Shown here piece after piece: positions 40,669-55,549 of a stretch of DNA of 64,000 nt. Both the position numbers and the translations under genes were made by a program. The notes below the pieces were generated by a model, which was given only the letters and a program-made list of their open reading frames with translations, had not been told where the DNA came from and did no database searches. Origin of the DNA: Amoeboaphelidium protococcarum X5 (lineage: Eukaryota > Fungi > Aphelidiomycota); NCBI GenBank assembly GCA_023515725.1, contig JALDTO010000235.1, positions 480,371 through 544,370 on the forward strand, in the 5' to 3' direction. Position 1 is the first letter of the stretch. Every line of letters begins with the position of its first letter.

Positions 40669-43600
40669 TCAAATGAAGACATCCATGGAGATCATTGCTT
40701 CCTTGGCAGGTAGGGGAATCGTTCTCAGATCTTCTTGATACATGAAGCGAGATGGATACTACACCAAGTGGCCGTGTATTCTGTTTAGCATTTCTTCAGT
40801 CTTCTCCGGTGTCTCTTACACTATTAAATGACCGGCCAATCTATCCTTGGTGGAGATTGACTTCCATTTATCATACTCAGACCATGTCTGAATGTAGTCA
40901 TCAGGAATACAACTGAACAGCTAACGATATAGATTAGTATTAGATTCCGCAATGTCCTTCCACATACTAAACAGCGCGTCTTGAGATGGGAAATTACTGG
41001 CAAGGTATTCAAATGAGAGTCCACTATGCTCTTGGAATAGTTACAATCTTAAATCTCGGACACTTTTTGAGCAGCTTACAGAAGCACTTTCCCCTAATTA
41101 AACTTTAACTTTACTTGAATCAGTTATAACAATAGCCACTTCGGCATCACGACTTCCGGCGAGGGAACGGTCATTTATATTAGCAGAACCAACTATAGCC
41201 CAATCGTCATCAACGATCATCACCTTGGAGTGGATATAAATCTACTCTGTGACTAAGCCCAAAGTACTAGCTGATGCGGACTGATTTTATTAAGTGGTGG
41301 TGGTGGGATCGATAGAAGGCCCAACACCTAGTCTTCCATAGTTCCGCAGGGAGCAGACACTCAAATACTGATCAGGATCCACGCCTTTCCGTAGTAGAAA
41401 CTCCAGCAGAGATCCTTCACCCTTCCTAAAAGTACTCTAATGCCAATGAAATATCAAACGTGTAGTCATACCCTCCGCGACATCATTCTCAAAAGCAGGC
41501 AGAAGAGGAACGATTATATACACTTTAAATTCAGCACCAGCTTCATGAGCTTACAATATCTTTTTACCAATGGCAAGAGCAATGCGGTTACGTATGACAC
41601 CTGATTACGCGTCTTCCAATGCACTAGAGATGAAAAACTAATTCTCAATGTAAATGAAATGCTTAGCATTCTCAATCAATGAGATGTAAGCTTCATATAT
41701 ACTCTGCTCTCGCTTGACGCCCATTGACCATTCACAGCACGATCTTAATACTTGAATTTCACTTGTACCAATAGATGAGTAATCGTGCCGTTAAGACATT
41801 GGAAAATTGTCTTCAGATGGAGGTAACAGATACACAATATCGTCTCTCTCTTTGGATTTCTAAAATTTTATAAAATTCCACCTTTAAACAAAATGACGTG
41901 CCACATCCTTCGCCGACTGTCCACTCAACGAGCAAGCAACATCATGCCATGGCATACGAGCGCATTCCTTCTTGTCTACCAGCAGCATGTCATAATTGTG
42001 TACATCAACGAAATCTTTAACTCTTGGATTGGAATAATCTTGACCTGGCCAGATCGGAAACTGGCTTCCATCACCACCGTTATCATCGCTAGAAATAAAA
42101 TCACCTACACAGTGACTTCTATCATCAAACCGGCCCATACATAAATCAAGTCCTCCAAGGAATGCGACATTTTCATCGACAATACACATCTTATCGTGAA
42201 GCGCCCAATAGTAAACACCACCAGGAATGTGATCAGGGTATCTCAAAACTTTAATATTCGGATGTAAACCGCTTAGCGTAGCTTTAGAGTGGGCAGAGTT
42301 GATAGTAAGCGCATACGTGACTTCTTTGTACAAGATTACATAGATGAGAACCCCTTCTTTGGCCTTTTTTAAAAGCAGCTTATCCAATCGAGCATCTGGA
42401 TAGAGATTACTTGGTCGCTTCAGGTAAATCTCTGGACTCATCCACCAATCTTCAATGTAAATGACACTTTTAGCACTTGATATGGATTTGTATACAGCTT
42501 CAAAATAATCTTTGCCATCTACAAATAACCGACACTGGACATGATCTCTAACAGGGGCGAAAGAGTTAAATCTATGACCTTTAGACCAGAGCGATTTGTC
42601 AATAGAGAATGCAATATCAGTAACCAGCTCCTTGAACTGCTTGTCGGTATCAGCGCGTACTATCAGATTACGAGCCTCATTCGATAACACGAATGTCTTG
42701 AAATGAAACGGATTCATGGAGTGTTGCTGCATTTAGTACAGGGACGCAGACGAGTCATATGGTACAACTTCTGAAGGATATCGACTGTCTATTTAATCAT
42801 AATACGCCAAGTATGAATCCTTTACACACAGCCAAACTTGTCGCCCTTACACCAGAGTTGGGATGCAACAAAACTTGAGCTATACACCTCGACGTCCTTT
42901 GTTTACCATACACTCTTTGCCCTTCCATCCGCTAGTCGTGATAGATGAGCTAATCTCCAGAAACTAGAAAATTTCAACCACATTACACAGTCTATATCGC
43001 GCCATCAACTTGGCAAGATAATCTTACAAAGCCTTACGTCTCTTGTTACGCAACCGCAATAAATACACGTCACGAGTCTCCCGTCTAGCATTTTAATACG
43101 TGTATGCCTTGGCCTTTTCAAAAGCGTAATTCACCTGAGATGGAAAGTTGGGAACTCCAGGATAACTCTTTGGGTGTTTGAGATGATTCAGTCGCAACTA
43201 GGTGTGCAATCTATACAAATCATTAAATGATCGCACTATGGACCATTAGACAGGGCCATAACTCAAATTGATTCGCACCACATTCTACGAATAATCCACA
43301 CCATCATCCTCATTATCACTAATCTTTAGCGAGAGCATTGCCAAGATACATGGCACAGAGACATTGTACGCATCTCGTTTGATATACCTAGATCTGAAAG
43401 GAGATAATCCCACCTGCATTAGGGAGAGTTCATTTTACTATTTCGCAAGTTCCCCTCTATCGCCAGCCTTCTATTTCTTAGTTAACAAGTCCCGGGGTAG
43501 AGAGAATTTCTTAATCTTGTCCACAGCTTCCCGAAGTCTAGTCTTGGCCTTGATAGCATGAGCAGAAATAGTTAAGGCTCGTGACGGTGGTCGTGCAATT

Positions 43601-44013
43601 TCTGCGCTGCGTGCACTGACAATACTGCTTGCCTATGATTTCTACTCTTTCACAAGGTCACCATCAATTACACCAGGCTCACTTATAACGGAGGCGACAT
43701 CATCTTGGCCAGTGGGACGTGAAGAAGAGGCTGACCACATCTTTGACGAATGAGGAGAAAAGGTGGACCGCCGCATTGTCTTCCAACTGCTAGAAATTGA
43801 AGAGCGACTTTCCATCAGAGGTTTAAATATACTGACCAGAGACTCCCATTTGGACTCCTACTACTGATGGGTATGTTCAGAGTGGGATGTGTCAACATCC
43901 ATTTCCTGGCCGGCTTAATCGTTACCACTACTCCCCTTTCTCCCTTGAATTTCCACTTAGTCTTCCAGAGCATTCGCGCCAACAGCTGATTGATACTAGA
44001 TGTCGTCTTCCAT
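40669..44013 (-). CDS. PLD1: Phospholipase D1/Spo14 type (PX-PH-2xHKD)
   Basis: [56 protein letters not shown]. Confidence 0.95.
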
Positions 44014-44676
44014 TTCGGCGGCGATGTGTTGGTTATCACTTTAAAAGGTTATTAACTATATTGATCAGAAAGATAATGATTGGCTTAAAGACGAAAGAGA
44101 ATGAGCAATTACTTGCCCCAAATTTATAATGATCCCAAACGAGGATGATGGATCAATTCCGAATGATTGAATGGCGCAGTCATCCCCGCATTGAAAACGC
44201 GTGAATCGTGAGCTGTTTGATCTAATTGGGTAAACTAATAAATGCAAAGTTAATATTTTGACTTCTAATTTAAACCTGCAATTATACATTTTTATGGAAA
44301 ATGAATTGAACTAAAATGGAAATATGATTAGAATAAATATAGACATTTAGTCTAACGCGAATCCGGTCATGACAGTGGAAACATGAACAGCAAATCATTT
44401 CTCCAAAAGCTAATAGAGTCTGCTCACATGAAATCTCTACTTTTGCAATCGTCGTCCTAATACTTTATCTCAATTTACGAGCTAGTTTGATCTTCTTGAT
44501 CATTTTGTGATACTAAATTGGGCTATTCTTCAATGTGATTGGCGATGTTTGAGATTAAAGCAATCGCTGTGATGAGTGTCAGGTGATGAGCCATCATTTC
44601 CAAGTGCCTTCTTCTTCTCTACAATTTAAATAAATCTACTTCAAATTTTATATATTTTGCGTCGTCTATTTCTATA

Positions 44677-45341
44677 ATGAGTGATTTTACTGCGTTATCC
44701 GAAGAGTTGCAACTATATATCCTATACGTAAGATTTTTATAATGTGTTTCATCTCTAATTCTTATCCCACCGTGACGATCAATTTGTAGTTTGTCGATGA
44801 CGTTGATTTTCAGGAATTGGCGCGTGTCAATAGATTGCTGAGAAGACTCTCTGCCGACATTGTGCTATGGAAACACTTTCACTTGGTGAAGAATGCTGCC
44901 ATCCTGGAGTCGAGGCTGTTTCTGGCTCAGGATCACAGCAGGCCCGATAGAGCTGAATTGGTGGAGAGGAATATTTTGAAAGGTGTCAAGGCTCATCAGA
45001 TATCCCGCGGTGTCTACGTTAATGGCCACGCGCAGATCTAAATGATTGAAACGTAGCAGAAGATTGATCGTCAGATGAAAGAGAATGTTGTGAATAAGGC
45101 GCTGAAGGAGCGACCAGAGCGATCTGATCTGGAAAAGCTGCGTGTTGTCCCTGACGGTGTCAAAGTGAGCAGTGAATCCGTTTCACCGCTGCTCGTTTAG
45201 CGAATGCTGAAACTGCGCAGAGCAATGTCCACAAAGCGCGTCAGAATGCGTTTGGATCGTCGCGTATCTGTTGAAGATCTTGCGCACATCCCCATGTCAC
45301 CGAATTCAGATAATCCAAGTTAGTAGCTACCGATCCTTTGA
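44677..45341 (+). CDS. F-box plus RPEL-repeat protein
   Basis: FTALSEELQLYILYFVD...LARVNRLLRRLSADIVLW (F-box, intron 44728-44789); SRPDRAELVERNIL and ERPERSDLEKLRVV (RPEL). Confidence 0.78.
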
Positions 45342-45566
45342 TCCATTTTATCCCAGTTACATCCTCCGTTTACAATTTCAATGAGTAGAGTGATTTGCAT
45401 TTGATTTAATGTTGTAATAAATATTTTTATGAATTTTTGAAACTTTGGTTTTGATTTGTGATTAGTTTTGAATATTCATGAACTTCGAAGTCATTGCTTA
45501 CGTTTGACTAAATTAAAGCGCACTTTTCTATTCTAAAATTGTTGAATCAAATTCAAATACATTGTT

Positions 45567-46205
45567 ATGAATCCTTTTAAATCATAGACACCAAAAGAGT
45601 TATAGCGTGCGTAGTAGAAAGAATTCAAGTAAATTGAGCGCGGTCTTACCAGAGATTAGCAGTCACTAGAAAGACAAGAGAAATAGTTGATCGCAGACAT
45701 CCAGAAAGCGTCGCGACGCGGGGACCAGCTGACTGCCAAAGCTTTTGCCAAGCAGCTGGTAAGGCTTCGCTCTTAAATGAGCAAGAACGTTGGAGTTAAA
45801 GCTCAGATTGGTGGCATTAGTGCCTAAAGTCGAATGGCGGCATCTAATATCGGAATGGCGACTGCTATGGCTAAGACAACCAAGATCATGGCGACAAGCA
45901 ATAAGTAGATGAGTTTGGAGAAAATGCAGACAACAATGTAAGACTTTGAACGATAGAACTCTGAGATGGATATGAAGAGTGAATTAATGAACGACAGTAT
46001 TGACAATGTTCTGGAAGAGAGTGGCGATGAAGAGGAATCACAAGCTATTATGGATTAGATTTTGGATGAGATTGGCATTGATCAAATAGCATCGATGCCC
46101 TCTGCTGCCTCTAATAGAATTGGCGGTTCTATATCTCAAGCTAACAAGTCAGCTTCCACATCTAAAAGCAGTCTCGATGATCGCCTTAATCAGTTAAAGA
46201 ATTGA
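45567..46205 (+). CDS. ESCRT-III subunit, Vps2/CHMP2 family (CHMP2B-like)
   Basis: LERQEKQLIADIQK...AKQLVRLR, MMNDSID-like segment, IMDQILDEIGI, C-terminal MIM1 LDDRLNQLK. Confidence 0.88.
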
Positions 46206-46467
46206 TACATTATCCCAATCTGATTTTTCCCACGTGATTGTACTTAAATTGATATAAAAAATCTCTTTGAAACTGAATACGTTGGTTCTTTACACTACAC
46301 GCTCCTTTTATACTCTTAACAACGCCTTGAACAAAAACGACTGGCTTGAATTGACGCGTCGATGATCTGAAACGCGTTGAGACTGCGACCGAACACTACG
46401 AGATACGTCAAGTCTAAAATGAATTTTTTCCATCTCCGCCTGAAACTATTGAAACGAAACATAGGAA

Positions 46468-47230
46468 ATGCCTCAGTAATTTACTTATATACTGGGAGGA
46501 TAGCTGGAATATGCTAGAGTAAGATTATATTTCATTAAGTCTATCTTAAATTGACATTTTATGTAGATAAAGGGGTGTGACAATCTGTATTGCAAGTTTG
46601 GATTTGAGTGGGGAACGAACTGGACTTTGATCCAGGTAAAAGCTGTCTTATTTGAGCTTAGTTATATATATTTAACAAAATAATTCATACGAAGCTGGTA
46701 GGGAACTGAGAATTGTATAACGTAATAGGCATGTATGTCAAGTGTTTCCATATTTGGTGGACAGGAGGCTGTAAATGTTTTCAATTAGCCTATAGATTTG
46801 GCCTTCACCTCGTAGAACGTGTTTGGATGGCCACAGATTGTCATATCAGTGCACGGTCCAGACATATTACAGAGGGATGTTGTCAGAGGATATGGAGTCG
46901 CGTATCTACCTCGATAATCAGGAAGGTAATATAATTATACTTTCTACTGCATGAATATCGGCAATTATTATTCACAAGATTTGATAAAGACAGTGTAGAC
47001 ACACTATTGATATTCCACTATTTCGACCACAGGCTTCATCGTTCCTAAGTTCATTAGCTGGAACTTTAAATGGATAATTGCCAGAATTTAAAGATTTCCG
47101 ATTTCTTGCCAAGTCCAGGGACAGAGATTTGGTGCGCACAGTATCCAGTGGGTACGTTAGACTCCAACTTAATATCATAATTAAAGATTTGGATAAATTG
47201 GGATACAACAATGGATAAAAGCGGACATGA
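46468..47230 (+). CDS. B9D1: B9 domain-containing ciliary transition-zone protein 1
   Basis: [31 protein letters not shown]...[26 protein letters not shown]; three introns. Confidence 0.9.
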
Positions 47231-47287
47231 TATGTACCATTATTTATTACATGTATATATTTTTATCCAAAGTTTAATAAACTTAAT

Positions 47288-48610
47288 TCATTACTGCAGT
47301 TAATCGCTACTAATTTCTCCTTCTTCAATATCCTCATCAATGCTATTTGTGCTTGTCAGCGGAAATTCTACATTCCCCTCTAAAATGACATCTTCATCTA
47401 ATACTTCAACCAGCGATTTCTGAGATGTAAGATAATCAACAACTTTCATAAAAAAGGTTAGCTGAACGTTACTCTACGCGCCAGACTTTATAATTGAACT
47501 AGCATCATCTGCGCCAGGTGATTCAGAGTTAAGCGGAGTATGAGAGTATCTACATCTGGATCCATATTTACATTTGCCTTATTTGGCGAATACTGTACAC
47601 GTCTTTTACTTCGATGTAGATTTAGTCTTTTACTTTTTTGACTACTTTTACTGACTCTAGTCACCTCCATCTTGTGCCAGAACATTAGTTTTCATACTAG
47701 ATGCAGACAGTGGTCCTTCGCGGAAGCGTGAGAGATACTCTTACGTTTTATCTACCTATAATGATTAAGACTGCTGCAACTCTTCAGCTTTCTGCGCCAC
47801 TCTCTCTGCAGTTGGATATCTGGCGCGTCTTTCAGCTCTCCATTGCTCAATCTCTGCGTCCTGCATAATCTTCACCTGAATACCTCCACTATCATCCTCA
47901 TTGACGCATTAAACTCCGGCTGTATTAATCTCATTTCGCTAATCGCAAGTATCGCCAATCTTTCGCTTCTTCTAAGATTGTACTGTATCATCTTTGTGCC
48001 TACCAGCACCAATACCAGCACCAGTATCATGAACATCACGTTTATGCTAAGTCACGACACGCTTAGGCGCCTCAAATTGACAGCCATCATGGTCACATTT
48101 AACATGTGTCTTGATATGATTTTGATACGATGCTTCATTATCAAAATTCAGATTGCATGTGGAACATTCACTCGGTATTAGCTATTTAGCGTACTTTTTG
48201 TGACTTTTAGATGACCCATTGTTGTTGTTGTTGTGAGAGACTGTCATACTAGGCATTGCACAATTTTACATTTACATCAGGTACTGATTACTATATGCTT
48301 AATACGGATATGGAGCATATGCTACAGAATTCGCCGCTTACTATTAAATCTGCTGTGATGGCGGCTGGGGAGGACTGTAATAGCTAGCTTGAGTCATTTG
48401 ATGATTATACTAACCAGAAGGCACAGCATAAGGAATATTGTTGGCCAACATCATTCCACCAGGTAATAGATTCTATAACGCGCTTTATTACTACATCTAT
48501 GGATATTGCATCTACTGGTAGTATAATAACTATGGATGTACAGTTTGCTATTACAATGTCTGCTACTAAACCTGCGGTATATCATCTGCCACTTACTCCT
48601 TTTCAGCCAT
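47288..48610 (-). CDS. NUFIP1: NUFIP1/Rsa1-like box C/D snoRNP assembly factor with C2H2 and CCCH fingers
   Basis: CSTC...HIKTHVKC...C...H, EIEQWRAERRARYPT (NUFIP motif), CTVFAKQGKCKYGSRCRYSH, C-terminal DIEEGEI. Confidence 0.8.
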
Positions 48611-48965
48611 ATTTTCAATGAGCGGCTCTCGTTTCAGATCAACACTAAAGAGAAAAAGTCAAAAGACGCGATAAGATGCGCTAAAATTTCCCCTTAAATG
48701 ATTGTTACTACCATGCTTTATTATTTGTATATACTATTAGCAAGCTTAATCTGCGATATATTTTAATTTTAATAGTTCTTTTTATATATTCTTTTATGTT
48801 GCATTTTATAGCTGAGTGCCAGAACAAAGACTTAGAAATACATTGTTATTTGCATATTACATAGAGCGATTTGAACTGAACTGATTGATTGATTGTTAAG
48901 TTGATCTTTTCGCTTAAACCTTCGCTATTTTTTAAATTTTGGCTTCGTAAAACTACTAACTGTAA

Positions 48966-49886
<921 letters not shown>

Positions 49887-50153
49887 GCTCTCTTTAAGAG
49901 TACTGTGAATAAAAATGTATCTTCCATAACTATATCTTGACACGATTTTGATTGTACTTACATACTTTGTCTTTCAATCCACATTAATTCAAAAGTTCAT
50001 ATAATTATCAGTCCCAATCGATTAGCACAACTGAAAAGAAAGAAATGCAACCAAGTATTACTACAATCTAATTTACTTTATTACCAATATCTTTATCACA
50101 TGAACTAAATCACTAGTACAAATCCTTCATATAAATCCTGTAAAGAGATAGAC

Positions 50154-52745
50154 TCAACTGATTTGGAAAATGTCCTACAAAACGGAAGCTCCCTTGCGAT
50201 AAGTATCCAGTAGCTGCATACATTACTTTCTCTCCTCAACTATCCGCTCATCTTCCATAAGCAACTGATTAAACAGATCCTCCTTGTACAAAGAGGTGAC
50301 CAAATGACTCTGCATATTCTCCCTCCCGAAATTCACCATCATATGCATAACAGCTTTCGGTACCAGGTCGGCAATACTCTTACGAACAATGTTAAAGTAA
50401 GAGTGTATCAAAGCCTTGATCAACTCCACCTCCAGGTCCTCCTTCTCCGGCTGCAACACCGACTATATACCATCATCACTTCTCCTTTCATAAGCCTCAT
50501 CAGCGGATAACAATTATCTCGTTGGGCTATTAGATCTAGACTGACGACCAATGGCCACCATATCTGATCTCATAGGCGCAGTATTGTGGCGTGCACCATC
50601 AGAGCCAACATCCACAGCAGAGTGTTAACCAAAGAAATACGTCAGGAAGCCTCCATCTTTAGATTGAGAATGCGATCCACCGTATTACTACTACTACTAC
50701 TGATTAGAATGTCCATATGGAACTGGTGATACAGATCTACCAACAGCAGAATGATAATCAACTGGATTGGTTCTCTACTTACCTCTAGAGTGAGACCTGG
50801 CACTAGATTCTGCATGATCACCAACACCTTGAGCGAATGCGATACCACTGCTCAACTGCATTTACTTTCTATTACGATCCTGCTCCAATTTCCTCATCTA
50901 ATGTTTTCTCTCAATCTGTGCAATCGCAGCACTTCCACCAATAAAATCAGGATGATTAGTATTAATATACGACAATTGGATATCCACCAGTGATGCGATA
51001 TACTACTACGTTGGATTCATTCGATCTTTAAGCAGTTAAACAGACGCTTCCACCACTCTCTGATGCAACAAGGGAAATCTAGCCAACTCTTTATTTTCAC
51101 AAGAGGAGATGATCTTTAGCAGTTCATCAAATACCAATTCAACACATTTCAAAGCAGGCACTTCCAGCTTTCGAATCTGAGGCTTTATCAACAGATCGAA
51201 TGCCTGCTCCGGTACAAACAGTGATGCTCTAGGACCAGATGCATTACGAATTGCTGTGCGAATATCTTGAACGCTCAGACCAGCACATGGATCTATCGAT
51301 GCCAACGTCTGACCAAATATTGAGTTGAATATATAAAATAGTCTAGCACCGCCACTAAGTTCTTAAGTAAACAAGTCAGAATAGGTACCATCAATGGCAG
51401 ATACAAAGTTGACAGAGAATTTAGTCAATATACGTAGCAGGGTGGTGCCCTGATGAGCTTTACCATGATAGAGTGGATCACCATATGAGTATAATTCCTA
51501 CTCAGTCTACATGACAAGCAAATTCAACTTGGCCTTCAACTCTGGCAACTTCTCCTTGATATGCTGGATCAGAATCATATTCAACGTGCGCACAAGATGA
51601 GCTGTGCCACACTTGGATTGCATGCTAGAATAGGCTGAATGACTCTTAAAGAAATCCTTCTCAGTTTGCAAAGCCTTACTTATCGGTAGATTCTTGTTAA
51701 TATCATCTTGAGATCTATTCACCACGGCACAGAATCCCAATTTAAGTGGATAAGCTTTTCCAATTAGAATATCAAACGCATTAGTTCCCTTGTCCATCAA
51801 GTCCAACTTTGTAAGAACGCCAATAGTCCTCTTGCCATCAGGATCAACTTCACGAGCCAGCTTCAAAGCATCAGAATTGGCAATATCCTAATTGGCAGGA
51901 GATACTGCGAGTATAACAGCATTAGGCTTGGCGATGTACTCCAATATCAAGCGTCTAATTCTCAATTCAATATCAGCCGGTTGATCACCAATGGGCACTT
52001 TCATAATACCCGGAAGATCCACTAGTGTTAAATTTAGCACCTTATTACTAAAGATCTTGAGATTGATCGGCTGACGCGCAATTCCCTTGTTATTACCAGC
52101 TACTCTAACAGTCTCCTGTTCAATTTCTTATCTAACTACTGAGAAGTCGGTAAACTTTTAGCCTGGCAGGTGTAGAAACTCTGCCCACTGCTCATTCTAA
52201 CTCTCAGGCAACTGTACCAGCTACAGAATCAAAGGTCTACGAGTAACAATATCTTTACCGCGGGGAAGAAAATCTTTCTAAATGATATTCTCCAGCACTG
52301 AGCTCTTACCACTAGACTATGATCCAACAACCACAATCTAAGGTAAATCAATATGTTCATGCCCAATGGTGGAAAAGACATCCTGAAGCTTATTCATTAA
52401 CGGAATTAAATCATTCAGAGAAGATGGAGCAGTAGCCTGATGGAATGATGCAGAGGAAACAATAGCTTGGGGATATTACTTTTTAGTCTTTTATTACTAT
52501 GAAGACTATTTGGCCGGCTGAGCACTACCACCCTAAGTGACTGTAACAGATACAGAATCTGAATTGATCAAACTACTAGTGTCACTGCTAGAATCTGAAT
52601 ATATATTCCCACCGCCACCAACACCAACAGATGTATTATTACCACTGCCAGCGGAATTGTTGCCATTATAGCTCATCAGATTAGAAAATGAAGAGATGAA
52701 TGACCGTCTTCTATATTCCTATGGATTCGTATCACTATTGGTCAT
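50154..52745 (-). CDS. DNM1: Dynamin-related mitochondrial fission GTPase
   Basis: [42 protein letters not shown], insert [12 protein letters not shown] domain. Confidence 0.92.
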
Positions 52746-53318
52746 AATATTCCTACAAAATATATATTTGAGTTTTCTATAAAAAAGAGTGACTTGACTG
52801 AAATCAATCTTGAAATGAAAGAGATCAAGCAGTCAAAAAACAAAGCGGTAAAGAAGAAGGAGAACTGAATAGGATCGCTCCGAGTGAAAATTCAATTTCT
52901 TTTTCGCGATCGGCGATAACAAGGAAAATAAGTCTCGTTTCGCGGGGTCAATGTAATATTTAATGTACAAGGGCTTTTTAATGGTCCCATCAGTAAGTCC
53001 CTCTTTACACGCAATAGAATAAGGCATTTCTATCATTGGTATCAATACGTGCTCTAATCTCTCAGATATTATGCTTTTTACACGCAATAATTTTCTGGGT
53101 GAGGATAAAGTGTGATACTATTACAGGAGTTGTTGAATCACCAACACTTATTTACGCGTTTTTGTGTGTGAACTGTTATTTCGCGGTTTCATCATCAGTC
53201 ACCTCCGAATATTCTATACTATCATTTCTGCATATTTTCAACCAGAAATATCAATTTACTTTAAAATTCAAATCAATTTATATTGAATTTTCAAGGTTGA
53301 TAATCAATTAGAGAAATT

Positions 53319-53798
53319 ATGACGTAATCAATGATGCGCATAATGAAGAGGGCCTTCTCTTCTTCTCTGAACAAAGACGTAATCTTGGCGAAACATATGA
53401 CGAAAGTAAACAAGAGTGAAGCAGAGTGGAGAACGATATTGAGTCCAGAGTAGTTTAGAGTGCTGAGACAGAAGGGCACTGAAAGACCTGGCACTGGCAA
53501 GTATGATCATCACTTTGCCAAGGGTGTTTATAACTGTGCCGCGTGTGATGCTCCATTGTTCACGTCTGAAACTAAATTTGATAGCGGATGCGGATGGCCA
53601 GCCTTCTTCGACACTATCCCTGGCGCTGTTGATAGGCATGAAGATAGGAGCTTTGGAGCGGTTCGCACTGAGATTGTATGTGCCAATTGTGGATCTCACC
53701 TGGGACATGTGTTTCAGGGTGAAGGTTACAAGAATCCTACTGATGAAAGGCACTGTGTGAATAGCGTAAGTCTCAAATTTACTGAAGCCAAGAAATGA
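53319..53798 (+). CDS. MSRB: Peptide methionine-R-sulfoxide reductase MsrB (Zn, Cys type)
   Basis: LSPE(TAG)FRVLRQKGTE, CAAC, KFDSGCGWPAF, CANCGSHLGHVF, RHCVNS. Confidence 0.95.
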
Positions 53799-53853
53799 AG
53801 ATTAATTAGTATGCTGAATATTAAAACTAAGTAGTTGCAACATATATTTGCTT

Positions 53854-55292
53854 TCATTTCTTAACAATATACTCTTTGAGCTTCTGTAAATTCTCCTTGG
53901 CCTGCTTTAGAGTATCTAAATCTTTACAAAAGGCAAATCTGGCGTAGTTTGAGGCCAGGTGCTGATTCTGCTGACTATAAAATTCGGCAGGTGGGATAGC
54001 TGCAACTTTAAGATGAGTGGTCAGCCATCTGCAAACTTGCCAATCCCGACTTCTTTGAGGTACTACTCCGTCCAAACAGAATATCTTTTCAATCTCTTCC
54101 GATTCCTTTAATTGATCCTATGGGATCTTCAAGCTACTTATATCTACAAGAGTGAAATAACTTCCATCTGGTACAACTGCAGGTAATCCTAATTCATCAA
54201 ATATCTTCAGTAAGTATTCGCGTCGTTCCAAATACTCTTGACATTACTTTTCAAAGTATCCATTGGTTTAACTCTATTTCAGAGCTTCTGCGACGGCAAC
54301 TTGAAGTGGAGCATTAGTACAAAAGACAATTCGAGAGTGGGCAATCAGTGCCGGATTAATCAAATGCTGAGGCCCTAACAGCCAACCAACGCGCCATCCA
54401 GTAACACAGAATGACTTTCCCGCACTTCCAACAGTTATAGTCCTATCCCACATGCCAGGCAGAGTGGCGATACGCACATGTTCAGCACCTGGATAAATCA
54501 ATCGTTCGTACACTTCATCACTGATAACTATAAGATTGTGTTTGATCGCAATTTCGGCAATCTATTCCAACTCTGCGCGGCTAAATACTTTACCAACTGG
54601 ATTATGAGGAGTGTTGACGACAATCATTTTAGTTTGAGCTGATATCTACGACTCTAGATATTCCCTATCAAAGGTCCAGTCCGCAGCAGAAGTATTACCA
54701 TTGTTAGAGTGCACATTTGCACCAGATTTAGGAAGTAGAGGACAAAACTTCATCTTGGCACCGCACATTTGAATGTTGGGTGCGTACTAATCAAAGAACG
54801 GTTCAAAGCACAACACCTCATCACCATCATTGAGGAAGGCAAGAAAAGCAGCGTACATACCTTCATTAGCTCCAGCTGTGACAATTATATCAGTCTCACT
54901 ATTCAATTAACGATTCAGCAAAGGCCCATACTCCTCAGCTAATACCTACATTACGACAGAACATTTTATCGATATATATTAAGTTCTAAAAAAACTACTA
55001 ACCTTTCGCAATTAAGGCATTCCTTTGGGAGGAGAATACTGATTAAAATTGGAATCGACAGCCATCTTGGCAGCATCTCTAACGAATGGTGAAGCTTCAA
55101 AGTTGGGAAATCCTTGTCCCAGATTGACAGCCTTACAGTACAATGCCATCGGGGAGAAGATGGACCTACATGTTAGATATCGCATAATGAGATTGTTATG
55201 ACTTAGAACTAACAAATGAAGCAAAATTACCATACATCCTGTCCAAAGTGAGCAATGCGCCGTGATTTAGCAAAGTGAGACATTTCAGCCAT
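53854..55292 (-). CDS. BNA3: Kynurenine/glutamine aminotransferase (class I PLP)
   Basis: AVNLGQGFP, VTAGANEG, NTPHNPVGKVF, SDEVYE, TVGSAGKSFCVTGWRVGW, RFAFCK; two introns. Confidence 0.92.
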
Positions 55293-55549
55293 TTAATGAG
55301 ATTACCAACAGGCTATACGGGGATAGTGGAAGGAGAACGAAGAGTAAAACGCGATAAGGAAGAAACAGAATTGATGGAAATCACGCGTCATCTTTTACTT
55401 CGGCAATTTCACTCGTTCGCTACATCGAGTCTTTGTGGTGTGCTGGTGTTTTAAAGTCATTATGCATTAAGGAATTAATAACTTTGGAATTCCGTGTGGA
55501 GTGTGTGTAGTAGAAACCAGTTACTTGCTCCAGGGGTAATTGTGATTGT

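Noticed and set aside
44425-44600. About 57-codon minus-strand ORF between PLD and the F-box gene
   Set aside because: Short, no homology cue, and lies in a divergent promoter
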